DNA of 64,000 bases, taken from assembly GCA_964612555.1 (NCBI GenBank), contig CAZTBW010000004.1, positions 123,713 through 187,712 on the forward strand, in the 5' to 3' direction. This stretch comes from an uncultured Bdellovibrionales bacterium. GTDB taxonomy: Bacteria > Bdellovibrionota_C > UBA2361 > SZUA-149 > DAOLCO01. The first letter of the stretch is position 1; each line of letters begins with the position of its first letter. A program made the translations under genes and the position numbers. The notes beneath the pieces are model-generated. The model did no database searches. It worked only from the letters and a program-made list of their open reading frames with translations, and was not told the origin of the DNA. Below, piece after piece: positions 54,208-63,058 of the stretch.

Positions 54208-55953
54208 ATGAGTAAAATGGTTGACGAAAATTCAAATCAGGAAGCCGGGCAGGAAGATTACTCTTTGGGTGAAAACTCAACACCTCAGAACCTTGAAAAT
54301 GTCTCTAAAGATCACGTGACATCAAAAGCAAGATTATCACGATTGATGAATCTTAAACTTCAACCTGATGAAGAAATACTTGATGCCGCTTTGTCCCTTG
54401 CCTCTGATAAAAACATCAGAATATCAAAGCTTTCAGAAATGGTTCTCAAAGACCCCGTGATTACCCTGGAAATACTGGCACATGCAAATTCCCTTTCAAA
54501 TGAAAAGGCGAGCATTGCCGCAGTTCAAACAGGAGTAATCAGAATTGGTTCTACCCAACTTCTCTCAATGCTAAAAGAACTCAAGACCCGAATCAATAAA
54601 AACTCAGACCCGGATGTAGCGGTAGAGTATGCATCACTTAGAAGACTGAGCGAACGGGCAAGCATCGTTTCAGAGATTTTAAGTTCTCACATACAAAGAG
54701 ATATAATAGAGATTACCCAAACCTGTGCACTTCTCAGCTATCTTGGACCAATGATACTTTGTCAATATCTTGATAGAGAATATCTGGAACTTGCACACTT
54801 AAGAAAAAGAAATGCCCTTGCCTATCGTCTTCAATCCAAATACGGCATCAACTACAATGAAATGTTTCTTCGCTATCTTAAGGATAGAAATCTTCCAAAA
54901 GATATTTTCTATGCATTTGATAAAGAGCTTAAATGTATCACCAGTGCACAATCATCACTTCGGTTTATTATAGAATCCGCTATCGAGCTGGTAGAAGCAC
55001 TGGAAGATGGCAAATGGATGAGATACGGTCCGGGAGCAACGCTTCCGCCTAAAAGCAATATCAGACTCCTGAAAATATCTGACACACAATATGCCACCAT
55101 CTTTGAAGAAATAGAATACAGCCTTGGCATATCCAAGCCCAAAGTTGAAATTGGAGAGACCAACTACTCAACCACTGAAGCAAGAAGCGATGAAGAGGAT
55201 GAAACCTCTGACTCTGAAAGTAAGACAAAACACCTCATTGCATCAAAACTCGCCTCACTCAATAATGACCTTGGTGAAGAGGCTCCAATTTCGACTCTCA
55301 GCCTTTCCCTTGATGAAGAAGAGCTTAAGGCACCTACTGTTATAGTTGATCGTGATGAGTTAATGGATCTTATCGCTTCAAGTGGCTCCGCCGTATTCAT
55401 TGAAAAAACCAGCGATAATCTCGAACTGGAAAAAAGAAATCTCAGTTCCCGTTCACTTGAAGTACTGGAAATGATTGAGTTCATTTGTAAAGGCGCAGAA
55501 TCCAGCAAATCCCTGCTGGATGAATTAATGTCTACCATAACAGATCAGGGACCTTTTAATCGCGCAGCCCTGATACAAATCAATAATTCGAATGAAAATG
55601 TCTTGATTCAAAAAGCGATTGGGGAAGAGTTTTCAAACATCTCTCCTCCGACAGAATTATTCGTTGAAGATCCTTTGAGTCCTCTCTCTACATTTGCAAC
55701 TCGTGTAAGCTCTTTTAATTCATACACCACAAGAGGTATAAAAGATATTGTCGCCCCATTTGGAATATCATCCTACGCCATATCTCCTATCAAGCTCAGC
55801 TCAAACAATACTTTTGTTCTTTATGTAGACTGCGGGGAACACAAGCCCCTCCCTCTTGAGGCAAGAAAAATGTTCAGGCTGGTAGTTGCCCTCTTAAATA
55901 AATCTCTTCCTGAATTTGACAGTGACGGACACAGAGCAATTCCCCTCAACTGA
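54208..55953 (+). CDS. HDOD-domain signalling protein with long C-terminal region
   Basis: Residues ~60-230 fit HDOD pattern (VLKDPVITLEILAHANSLS...VQTGVIRIGSTQLLSML); 581 aa. Confidence 0.5.
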   Translation: MSKMVDENSNQEAGQEDYSLGENSTPQNLENVSKDHVTSKARLSRLMNLKLQPDEEILDAALSLASDKNIRISKLSEMVLKDPVITLEILAHANSLSNEKASIAAVQTGVIRIGSTQLLSMLKELKTRINKNSDPDVAVEYASLRRLSERASIVSEILSSHIQRDIIEITQTCALLSYLGPMILCQYLDREYLELAHLRKRNALAYRLQSKYGINYNEMFLRYLKDRNLPKDIFYAFDKELKCITSAQSSLRFIIESAIELVEALEDGKWMRYGPGATLPPKSNIRLLKISDTQYATIFEEIEYSLGISKPKVEIGETNYSTTEARSDEEDETSDSESKTKHLIASKLASLNNDLGEEAPISTLSLSLDEEELKAPTVIVDRDELMDLIASSGSAVFIEKTSDNLELEKRNLSSRSLEVLEMIEFICKGAESSKSLLDELMSTITDQGPFNRAALIQINNSNENVLIQKAIGEEFSNISPPTELFVEDPLSPLSTFATRVSSFNSYTTRGIKDIVAPFGISSYAISPIKLSSNNTFVLYVDCGEHKPLPLEARKMFRLVVALLNKSLPEFDSDGHRAIPLN

Positions 55954-56367
55954 TTATTCTTTTTGACTATTCTTTTGCACCTGCACTACTGCCGTCTCCG
56001 GTAAGGAGGCGAATATTCCGGCTTTTAGAGTACGAGCGATATTTGTGCTTCGCAACTTGAAGAGTTCAGAAATCTCAGGTTCAAAAATGGAATCTGAAGT
56101 TTCATAGAATATGCGTAACCAGGTATCAAACAACTCCGGTTCGAAATATGGCAGACGACGATGCTTCTCCATAGGGTTACCATGGAACCTCCGTGTCCGG
56201 AGCATTATGGAAGACCAAAAATCATACATCTTTTGCAAATGCTCCGACCAGTGGGCACCTATCGCGTTATCAAAAACGGGTCCCAATTGTTCATCCCGGC
56301 GAACCTCGTCGTAAAAAGTATCTACCAAAGTTTTTATATTTTCTTCTGTAATTGAGTGTTCTTTCAT
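55954..56367 (-). CDS. truncated hemoglobin (group 2/3 2-on-2 globin)
   Basis: TLVDTFYDEVRRDEQLGPVF...HWSEHLQKMYDFWSSIML...FHGNPMEKH pattern typical of trHb. Confidence 0.6.
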   Translation of the reverse strand: MKEHSITEENIKTLVDTFYDEVRRDEQLGPVFDNAIGAHWSEHLQKMYDFWSSIMLRTRRFHGNPMEKHRRLPYFEPELFDTWLRIFYETSDSIFEPEISELFKLRSTNIARTLKAGIFASLPETAVVQVQKNSQKE

Positions 56368-56939
56368 ACTTTCTCACCCTCCCCATGTTCTCTACACAAC
56401 AAGGTACTATCTTCTACATCAAGAGGCTCTTTGGTAAGACCGCACTGATGAGATTTTCCCAATCCGTTTTTTATAAAATACGTGCACGTGTGGCACACCC
56501 CGAATGTTTTTGAATTATTTTCCCTTTGCAAAACGATCAGGAAATTTCTAAGATTTTCTTCAAGCAGGTCACCCGCTTCCGGGTTATTGTGTATAGACCT
56601 GTGAAGTAAAGATTTTTTTTCGAATGAGTTAAGAATATTTTTTGCTTTGGGAAGGAGATGAATATGGACAACCCGCTTATCATGCTCATGCCCGGTTTTC
56701 CTGATAAGTTTTTTTCTTTCAAGAGATATCAGAGTCTGGGACACGGTACCTTTGGTAAGTTTAAGGTACTCGGTCAAACCCAAAGGAGTATTACTGTAAC
56801 GGTTACATCTTGCCAGATACAACAAACATTCCAGTTGGCGCACATTAAGACCCTGAGAATAGGCAAATTCACGCATCTGGGATTTGAGTAAATGATCCAG
56901 CGCCTGAACCAGCCGCAAAATATTAGACACTTGTTTCAT
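56364..56939 (-). CDS. MarR-family winged-helix regulator with C-terminal 4-Cys cluster
   Basis: MarR-like wHTH (LECLLYLARC..TPLGLTEYLKLTKGTVSQTLISLERKKLIRK...DKRVVHIHLLPKA); C-terminal CHTCTYF...HQCG...LLCREH; stop overlaps trHb start (ATGA). Confidence 0.55.
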   Translation of the reverse strand: MKQVSNILRLVQALDHLLKSQMREFAYSQGLNVRQLECLLYLARCNRYSNTPLGLTEYLKLTKGTVSQTLISLERKKLIRKTGHEHDKRVVHIHLLPKAKNILNSFEKKSLLHRSIHNNPEAGDLLEENLRNFLIVLQRENNSKTFGVCHTCTYFIKNGLGKSHQCGLTKEPLDVEDSTLLCREHGEGEKV

Positions 56940-56949
56940 ATCTATATTA

Positions 56950-57016
56950 TATCGACTCGATACTGATTTGACAAACCCGATCTGTCTTGCTACCTTAATG
57001 GTATCGACTCGATACT
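56950..57016. promoter_or_regulatory. divergent promoter with two copies of 13-bp palindrome TATCGAcTCGATA (candidate operator)
   Basis: Copies at 56950..56964 and 57002..57016 (52 bp apart) bracket TTGACA (56967) -35 and a -10-like TACCTTAAT; RBS AAGGAG before trx-like ATG. Confidence 0.55.
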
Positions 57017-57044
57017 ATTAAACTTCATATAAGGAGAAAACATT

Positions 57045-57278
57045 ATGAAAAATGCAGTATTTTATCATGCCGGATGCCCTGTATGCGTTGATGCCGAACA
57101 GAACGTGGCGCATGCCATTGACCAGAACAACTATAAGGTCGAGATAATTCATCTTGGAGAACAAAAAGAGCTACTTGCCAATGCAAAAAAACAAGGTGTT
57201 AAGTCAGTACCGGCACTGGTACTTGATGATAAGGTGTTCCATATCAATTTTGGAGCATCACTTTCAGACCTGGAATAG
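57045..57278 (+). CDS. small thioredoxin-fold protein (glutaredoxin-like, CPVC active site)
   Basis: 77 aa; FYHAGCPVC N-terminal CxxC; AAGGAG RBS. Confidence 0.6.
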   Translation: MKNAVFYHAGCPVCVDAEQNVAHAIDQNNYKVEIIHLGEQKELLANAKKQGVKSVPALVLDDKVFHINFGASLSDLE

Positions 57279-57290
57279 ACGTTTCCAGCT

Positions 57291-57369
57291 TCGGGAGTGT
57301 TAAAAAACACTCCCGAATACAAATTTCTTAAAAAATCCCGAAAATCTTCGGGTCAAAACTTTCTTTTAC
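57291..57369 (+). terminator. two tandem rho-independent terminators
   Basis: TCGGGAGTG-ttaaaaaa-CACTCCCGA then CCCGAA-aatc-TTCGGG followed by TCAAAACTTTCTTTT. Confidence 0.65.
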
Positions 57370-57426
57370 GCGATAACAACATGCCACCTGAGATACCTCC
57401 GCATATAACGTATTGTTTACAAAACC

Positions 57427-57861
57427 GTGAAAGGAAGTTCTCTTTTGGAATTACTGTTTTTACTGATGCTGAGCGGTATTTTAGTTACCGGCTCACACCT
57501 CTATTTCAAGGAAGTGCTTGAAAGGCGCACCCTCTACCATCTTGCAAGCTCTGTCGAGACACTCCTCCAGGGCACCTATGAGACAAGCCAGTACTACGGC
57601 AGTATCTTCTCATTCAATAAAGATATACACGGCAATTTTCAGATAAGAAATCCTCAGCGCCTGTGGTATCAAATCCCCATTAATCAAAAACATGTTATTC
57701 AACACTCTGTCCATTCCTCAGTACAAAACCTTGAATCCATTCAATTCTATCCAAACGGATACAGCTCTCCGGGTAGAATAGAGCTTCACTCAAAACAGTA
57801 TCTTTGCACCTTAAAAATTTCCATGCGAGGGAGAGTTCGTAAAGAATGTTCAAAAAAATAA
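57427..57861 (+). CDS. pseudopilin / type IV pilin-like protein (GspH/FimT-like)
   Basis: GTG start; N-terminus KG|SSLLELLFLLMLSGILV with Gly(-1) and Glu(+5) = class III (prepilin peptidase) signal. Confidence 0.5.
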   Translation: MKGSSLLELLFLLMLSGILVTGSHLYFKEVLERRTLYHLASSVETLLQGTYETSQYYGSIFSFNKDIHGNFQIRNPQRLWYQIPINQKHVIQHSVHSSVQNLESIQFYPNGYSSPGRIELHSKQYLCTLKISMRGRVRKECSKK

Positions 57862-58208
57862 CTGTAAAAATCAAAAACACAAAAACAAGAGAGCATGCGG
57901 GGTTTGCTTCAATCCATATCATCTCTGCACTGATGTTTTCCATGATTCTTTTAACTTCAAGCATGTCATTCTGGAATATCGTAAAAGCAAAAAAACACCT
58001 TGTAAAAAGCATCCACAAAACTCACATTCCATGGTTTCTGGAAGAAGAGGCGAAGAAATACCAATTGCATGCCTTGAAAAATATCCCGTCCGATTCCAGT
58101 GAGTGTAAAATCACAAATACATCCGGTGAGTACATAAAAGAGCTTTTATGTACCGATCAAACAGGGCACCTGAAAAAGAAATTTGCTCTCATCACAGACC
58201 ATGAATAA
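57846..58208 (+). CDS. pseudopilin-like protein (non-canonical, no Glu+5)
   Basis: Basic 19-aa leader ending HAG then FASIHIISALMFSMILL hydrophobic helix; overlaps previous gene. Confidence 0.35.
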   Translation: MFKKITVKIKNTKTREHAGFASIHIISALMFSMILLTSSMSFWNIVKAKKHLVKSIHKTHIPWFLEEEAKKYQLHALKNIPSDSSECKITNTSGEYIKELLCTDQTGHLKKKFALITDHE

Positions 58209-59031
58209 CGATAAAGGTGCACTAATTGCGGGAGCTCTTTTTGAGCTTTTACTGTTTGCCATTGTAGCGTCTCTCACTCTACGTCTTATCCACTCGGTTT
58301 CAAAAGAAACTCTATTTCATATCACTCAGCAAAAAGTGGAAAATAATATTTCAAAAACACTTGCGACGTTCTACTCCATGAACCATAGACCCTCAAACAT
58401 TTGGGGACTGCCGATGTATCAATGGCGAAATGAGCACGAGACTCACCCAAACTACTTGCAAGAAGGAATTGAAAGACTCAAAAACAATAACCGCATAAAA
58501 ACAGGCAGCATATTTCTTGAAACAATAGACTCCTCACCTGTTTTCCTCTCAAGGCATCATTCAGACACTGAAAAAGTCTTTCTGGGGGATATTCCACCTA
58601 AATATGTACAACTCATACGAGAAGACAGATGGATTCTTTTCTCAGCTTCGGGGCTCTATCGAATACGGCAAAAATCAAACAATACATTTCTGCCCACAGA
58701 AAACATCTGGAAAATCAGCTTACCCTCAAGTAGTACACTGACTCCCCTACTGGATGCGACAAAAGAAATTCCCGATAGTGAAAACTTCATACTGCTTAAC
58801 CCGATACAAGATCATGTAATCCTTTATCTCAATCTTCAAAACGAGTTAAGACGCTACTCTCTTTTTACTTATGACAATCAACCCGTGTCTGAACATATAT
58901 CCGGCATTTATCGTACTGCCACACATTGTATCATCAAAGGCTCACTGCGCAGCGTACAAATAGAACACAAATTCCCCTGCAAAAATACCAGCTTTGAGCC
59001 TTTTCTTTATTTTGATTTTCTGGATTTGTAA
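58183..59031 (+). CDS. pseudopilin-like protein (non-canonical)
   Basis: N-terminus NDKGALIAGALFELLLFAIVASL (Gly then hydrophobic helix with Glu); 282 aa. Confidence 0.35.
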   Translation: MLSSQTMNNDKGALIAGALFELLLFAIVASLTLRLIHSVSKETLFHITQQKVENNISKTLATFYSMNHRPSNIWGLPMYQWRNEHETHPNYLQEGIERLKNNNRIKTGSIFLETIDSSPVFLSRHHSDTEKVFLGDIPPKYVQLIREDRWILFSASGLYRIRQKSNNTFLPTENIWKISLPSSSTLTPLLDATKEIPDSENFILLNPIQDHVILYLNLQNELRRYSLFTYDNQPVSEHISGIYRTATHCIIKGSLRSVQIEHKFPCKNTSFEPFLYFDFLDL

Positions 59032-59037
59032 TACCTC

Positions 59038-59910
59038 ATGGGAAAAGAAATATCACCTTACGCTTCCAGTTCTGGAACTGCAAATATAATATTCATATTT
59101 GCTATATTCTTACTTACAAGCCTTCATACACAAATTGGGAATTTGCTTATCGAATCTTCACGTATATTGCATTTTAAAAATATATTCTTAAAAGAAAACG
59201 AAAGGGAAAATATAAAAATCATAAGCTCACTTACAGAATATGGAGAGAATATACCCACAAGAAACATTACTCATCGGAATAGCTCTTTAGTGCACTTTGA
59301 AAGCGACACCTTTATCCAAACATTTCAACCCTTGATGGTATATTCTAAAACCCCTTACACTCCGATACTCTGGAGAAAATTCTTAAAACACACTGAAGAA
59401 ATTTCACCCTGCTCTAATACAGAGTGCATACAGAATGAAACTGTTATCAACAAAAACTCAAGGTTCATTCATAAAAAACTCAGCACCGATTCACTCCATC
59501 TTATCCTTGATGACACCTCAAGGTATCTTGCATTTACTGGCTCACTTGAAGTTAAAAAACATTTGTTCCTTAAAAAAGCCCCAACACTTCCCGAAGATTC
59601 TGCAATCACCATACTTTTTGCAGTATTTGATGAACTCATGATAGAAGAAATAATACTTGATGAAACACTAAGCCAGAATACAATCCAATTTATCTTTTAC
59701 TCCAGCACCTCTATTAACATTAACAAAACACCTAAACATGGAGACTGTCTGAATAAATATAATACCTTATCTTTTTTTATCTCTGCTCCATTTGTTCAGA
59801 TTAACGGTAAAAACGCCGATGTATCCCAGTATGGTGCGTGCATCAGAAATATCTTGCCTCTTTGGTTCCCGGAGAGGAAGATAATTGGATATTTAAGAAT
59901 AGAACCATAG
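59038..59910 (+). CDS. N-terminally membrane-anchored protein, last gene of pseudopilin cluster (GspK/PilX-like?)
   Basis: Hydrophobic N-terminal helix ANIIFIFAIFLLTSL; 290 aa; 7-nt gap to previous gene. Confidence 0.3.
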   Translation: MGKEISPYASSSGTANIIFIFAIFLLTSLHTQIGNLLIESSRILHFKNIFLKENERENIKIISSLTEYGENIPTRNITHRNSSLVHFESDTFIQTFQPLMVYSKTPYTPILWRKFLKHTEEISPCSNTECIQNETVINKNSRFIHKKLSTDSLHLILDDTSRYLAFTGSLEVKKHLFLKKAPTLPEDSAITILFAVFDELMIEEIILDETLSQNTIQFIFYSSTSININKTPKHGDCLNKYNTLSFFISAPFVQINGKNADVSQYGACIRNILPLWFPERKIIGYLRIEP

Positions 59911-60015
59911 ATAGTATCTGATTTTTGATTTATATCTGTAGGGGCAGCCCTTGCGGCTGCCCGCTATGTTCTGTCATAATATCGTGATTATTCTAATTTA
60001 TAATTTTGACCCAAT

Positions 60016-60405
60016 ATGAGTAATAAAACTATCCTGATCGTAGATGATGACAAAGACACCCGCACCATCATCAAAACCATCCTCGCTGCAAAAGGCTACA
60101 CCACACAGGAAGCTGCCAGTGGCAAGGAGGCTCTTTTTTATATTGCATCATTTAAACCGGGACTTATCCTTCTTGACATCATGATGCCTGAAATGTCCGG
60201 ATATGATGTTATGGCACGACTGAAGATGAAACCTGACACGCAGGACATTCCGGTAATCATGCTTTCTGCAAAAGCTGAAAGTGAAGATATCCTGACCGGA
60301 TATCAGGACTATGCGGTGGAATATTACATCACAAAACCTTTCACCCCCAAAGAGTTGATTAACGGAGTGGAACTTGTATTAAGTAGCACTTCTGATAATA
60401 GCTAA
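60016..60405 (+). CDS. single-domain response regulator (CheY-like receiver)
   Basis: ILIVDDD, LILLDIMMP (phospho-Asp), SAK..., ITKP conserved Lys. Confidence 0.9.
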   Translation: MSNKTILIVDDDKDTRTIIKTILAAKGYTTQEAASGKEALFYIASFKPGLILLDIMMPEMSGYDVMARLKMKPDTQDIPVIMLSAKAESEDILTGYQDYAVEYYITKPFTPKELINGVELVLSSTSDNS

Positions 60406-60418
60406 GAAATCTATTCCC

Positions 60419-61078
60419 ATGATCTCAGAAAAATCTTCATTAAAACAGACCGGTGCTTTTTTTTGTTTTGAAGGGATAGAGGGAGCCGGGAAAAGTACTC
60501 TTATTTCTCTTGTCGCAAACCTGTTAAGAGATTCCAATATTCCAAGTATCCTGACCCGCGAACCCGGGGGAACCGAACTTGGTAAGAAAATCAGGGAAAT
60601 TCTGCTGCAAAGTACGGACACTCACATTGCACCCATAACCGAGTTATTATTGTTTTTTGCAGACCGTGCGCAGCATCTCAATGAAAAAATCCTTCCTGCT
60701 GTTCAAGAAAAACAGGTAGTACTTTCAGATCGTTTTTACTACTCTACAATTGCATATCAGTGCTTTGGAAGAGGACTTTCAAGAAACGTCGTAGACTCTT
60801 TGATTGAAATTTCCCTGGATTCTTTCAAACCGGATGGCATAATCCTTGTCGACCTTCCGGTGATGACAGGACTTGAACGTGCATCAAAACGCTCTGCTTT
60901 AGATCGATTTGAAAAGGAAGATACCCAATTTCACGAACGAATCAGAAAAGGTTTTCTTGACCTCGCCAAAGAAAACAAGGAAAGATTCCTTGTCCTTGAT
61001 GGCACCAAATCTCCTAAGACTCTGGCTAACCTCAGTTTTCAGTTTATTACCCATAAACTTTCAAATCCCGAAGGATAA
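60419..61078 (+). CDS. tmk: thymidylate kinase
   Basis: P-loop FEGIEGAGKST, TREPGGT, DRF/lid region. Confidence 0.9.
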   Translation: MISEKSSLKQTGAFFCFEGIEGAGKSTLISLVANLLRDSNIPSILTREPGGTELGKKIREILLQSTDTHIAPITELLLFFADRAQHLNEKILPAVQEKQVVLSDRFYYSTIAYQCFGRGLSRNVVDSLIEISLDSFKPDGIILVDLPVMTGLERASKRSALDRFEKEDTQFHERIRKGFLDLAKENKERFLVLDGTKSPKTLANLSFQFITHKLSNPEG

Positions 61079-61081
61079 TAC

Positions 61082-62059
61082 ATGTCTACAGTTCTCTATG
61101 GGCACTCCCAGACTCTGGAAATATTTGACACTCTGTTTCTAAAAAAGACAGTCCCTCATGGAATACTTTTAAGCGGCAAAAAATCTATTGGAAAAAGGAA
61201 GCTTGCAAGGGAGCTCGCAAAACGATTACTCAGCAGTTCAATCAGTGATGAAGCTACAAGAAATAAACAAGCTGCATTAATAGATATGGGACAGCACCCG
61301 GATATGCTTCTCCTGAATCGGGAAGAAGGCAGCAAGCAAATCAAGGTTGAACAGATTCGTTCACTTAAAGAGAGCTTATCCCTTAGCCCATACTATAACA
61401 CCGGCATGGTGGCTGTTATTGACGACGCCCACACCATGAACATATCTGCGGCAAATTCGCTCCTGAAAACTCTTGAAGAGCCTGAAGCAAATAAATATAT
61501 TATCCTGATAAGCGACCGCCCTCACCTTCTTCCGGATACTATTCTTTCAAGATGTCATCACTTTTCCTCAGCTCCTCTTAGTAAAGAAGACATTTCTTTA
61601 ATTTTAAAGCAGCTCTTTAATGACCATATAGACTCATCAAAACTCCACGAGCTTTCCAGACACACCCAGGGTTCACTTGCTCTTTTAGACTTGTCTGCTC
61701 TCATAAACGAAAGAACTCTCACTTTATCTGACCCGGATAAAGGTAAAGAGACGGTGCTTAACCTTTTAAACACTTTATCCGAGCTTAGTTCAAAGATTGA
61801 TTTTGTTTTTGAAGCAGAAACGGGTTCTTTAGAATCCTCCTCCAGGCTCATTCAGCTAGTAAATTCTCTGGAAAAAGAACCTGCACTTCCTTTATTTTGG
61901 GACATGTTCATGGAAAAAATCAGATTTCAAGCCATCCACTCAGAGCAGGCAACAAGCAAATCCTACTGGGCAAATAAACTCATAGAACTTTCACTACTGA
62001 AAACAGAAATTGATAAACGAAACCTGGTACCAAGTATTCAGAGCCCGGCTGCCTTTTAG
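61082..62059 (+). CDS. holB: DNA polymerase III delta-prime subunit
   Basis: Degenerate P-loop GILLSGKKSIGKRKLA, SRC motif (LSRCHHF); conserved tmk-holB order. Confidence 0.8.
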   Translation: MSTVLYGHSQTLEIFDTLFLKKTVPHGILLSGKKSIGKRKLARELAKRLLSSSISDEATRNKQAALIDMGQHPDMLLLNREEGSKQIKVEQIRSLKESLSLSPYYNTGMVAVIDDAHTMNISAANSLLKTLEEPEANKYIILISDRPHLLPDTILSRCHHFSSAPLSKEDISLILKQLFNDHIDSSKLHELSRHTQGSLALLDLSALINERTLTLSDPDKGKETVLNLLNTLSELSSKIDFVFEAETGSLESSSRLIQLVNSLEKEPALPLFWDMFMEKIRFQAIHSEQATSKSYWANKLIELSLLKTEIDKRNLVPSIQSPAAF

Positions 62060-62400
62060 CTATAAAAAAGCCTGAACGCTATTATCACCAGTAAAAACGC
62101 AAGTCCCTTTTTAAGCATCTCTACCGGCAGCACTCCTCCAAGATAAGTACCAACCAAAGCCCCAAGGCAGCCCCCTACAGTCATAAGAACATATACGTTT
62201 ACAGGAACGGTAAGTGTTGCAGGGTTACGAAAAATAGAAATCAGAAAAGGCACTAATAAAGAACCCAAACATATAGTAACCGCCTGCTTATAAGAAAAGC
62301 CCGTACAAAAGAGTATCAGAGGCACCATAAGCGCTCCCCCTCCAACGCCCAACATACTGGACAGACCAGCAGAAAGGAAACCTATAGCGAAAAGTAACAT
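62056..62400 (-). CDS. TauE/SafE (DUF81) family membrane protein, half-length (single 4-TM repeat; possibly truncated)
   Basis: LGVGGGALMVPLILF motif of TauE/SafE; only 114 aa vs ~250 typical. Confidence 0.45.
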   Translation of the reverse strand: MLLFAIGFLSAGLSSMLGVGGGALMVPLILFCTGFSYKQAVTICLGSLLVPFLISIFRNPATLTVPVNVYVLMTVGGCLGALVGTYLGGVLPVEMLKKGLAFLLVIIAFRLFYS

Positions 62401-62643
62401 AATAGCTTGAGAAGATTAAAAACTGAAAAATTTGTGCTGGTTATTACATAAAATTCAGAATAACACAATAAAGCAGAGACAATTCAAAGCGGTACCCTTG
62501 ACAATTTTCTGCTTTTTTACTAGAAAGCGCAGCAAAATTGAATCAAGGGTAGATGAGTCAGGCATTACGCTAAGTAGTTATGGTTATTAACTAACTATTG
62601 AGTGTAAGCGTTACAAGGTTTTTTTAACACGAAAGGTTTTTAG

Positions 62644-62970
62644 ATGGACAAAATTCTAAGTAAAAAAAGCGATAAGAAAGGTGGCTCGCGAGAAGCTGAA
62701 AAGCCTGCTGCGAAAATCTCAAAAGAAAATCTCTCTGAGCATTTAAAAAGAGATTTGACCAAAACTCTACAGAGCGAACAAGTAGGTTACAACTTCGCGA
62801 ATTCTATCGGAATAACGGTAGAACATGGTGAGGAGATGATCACTGTGATCCTATTTGGAACGCTAAATCTCTTCTTCCATAAACAGCTGGTTCAGAGTAT
62901 TGCTCAAAAATGGCAAAAGAGCCACAGAAATCTCCCACTCAGAATTGAAAATGAGATAGCTGTGCTATAG
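62644..62970 (+). CDS. hypothetical small protein
   Basis: 108 aa, basic N-terminus; weak RBS AAAGG. Confidence 0.3.
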   Translation: MDKILSKKSDKKGGSREAEKPAAKISKENLSEHLKRDLTKTLQSEQVGYNFANSIGITVEHGEEMITVILFGTLNLFFHKQLVQSIAQKWQKSHRNLPLRIENEIAVL

Positions 62971-63058
62971 TCCTTCTTGTTAGGGAATAACACATACGTA
63001 CTAAATCGTGGTGTCCGGTTTCAATCGCTTACACCACATTTTTTATATCTAACTTTCC

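Noticed and set aside
57297-57521. 74-aa ORF between the trx-like gene and pseudopilin cluster
   Set aside because: It covers two terminator hairpins and overlaps the GTG start of the first pseudopilin in another frame. Its translation is implausible.
59940-59970. Hairpin GGGCAGCC-cttgc-GGCTGCCC after the pseudopilin cluster as a terminator
   Set aside because: A perfect 8-bp GC stem but no U-tract on either strand. It could be a weak terminator or protein-binding site. Confidence is too low to list as a feature.
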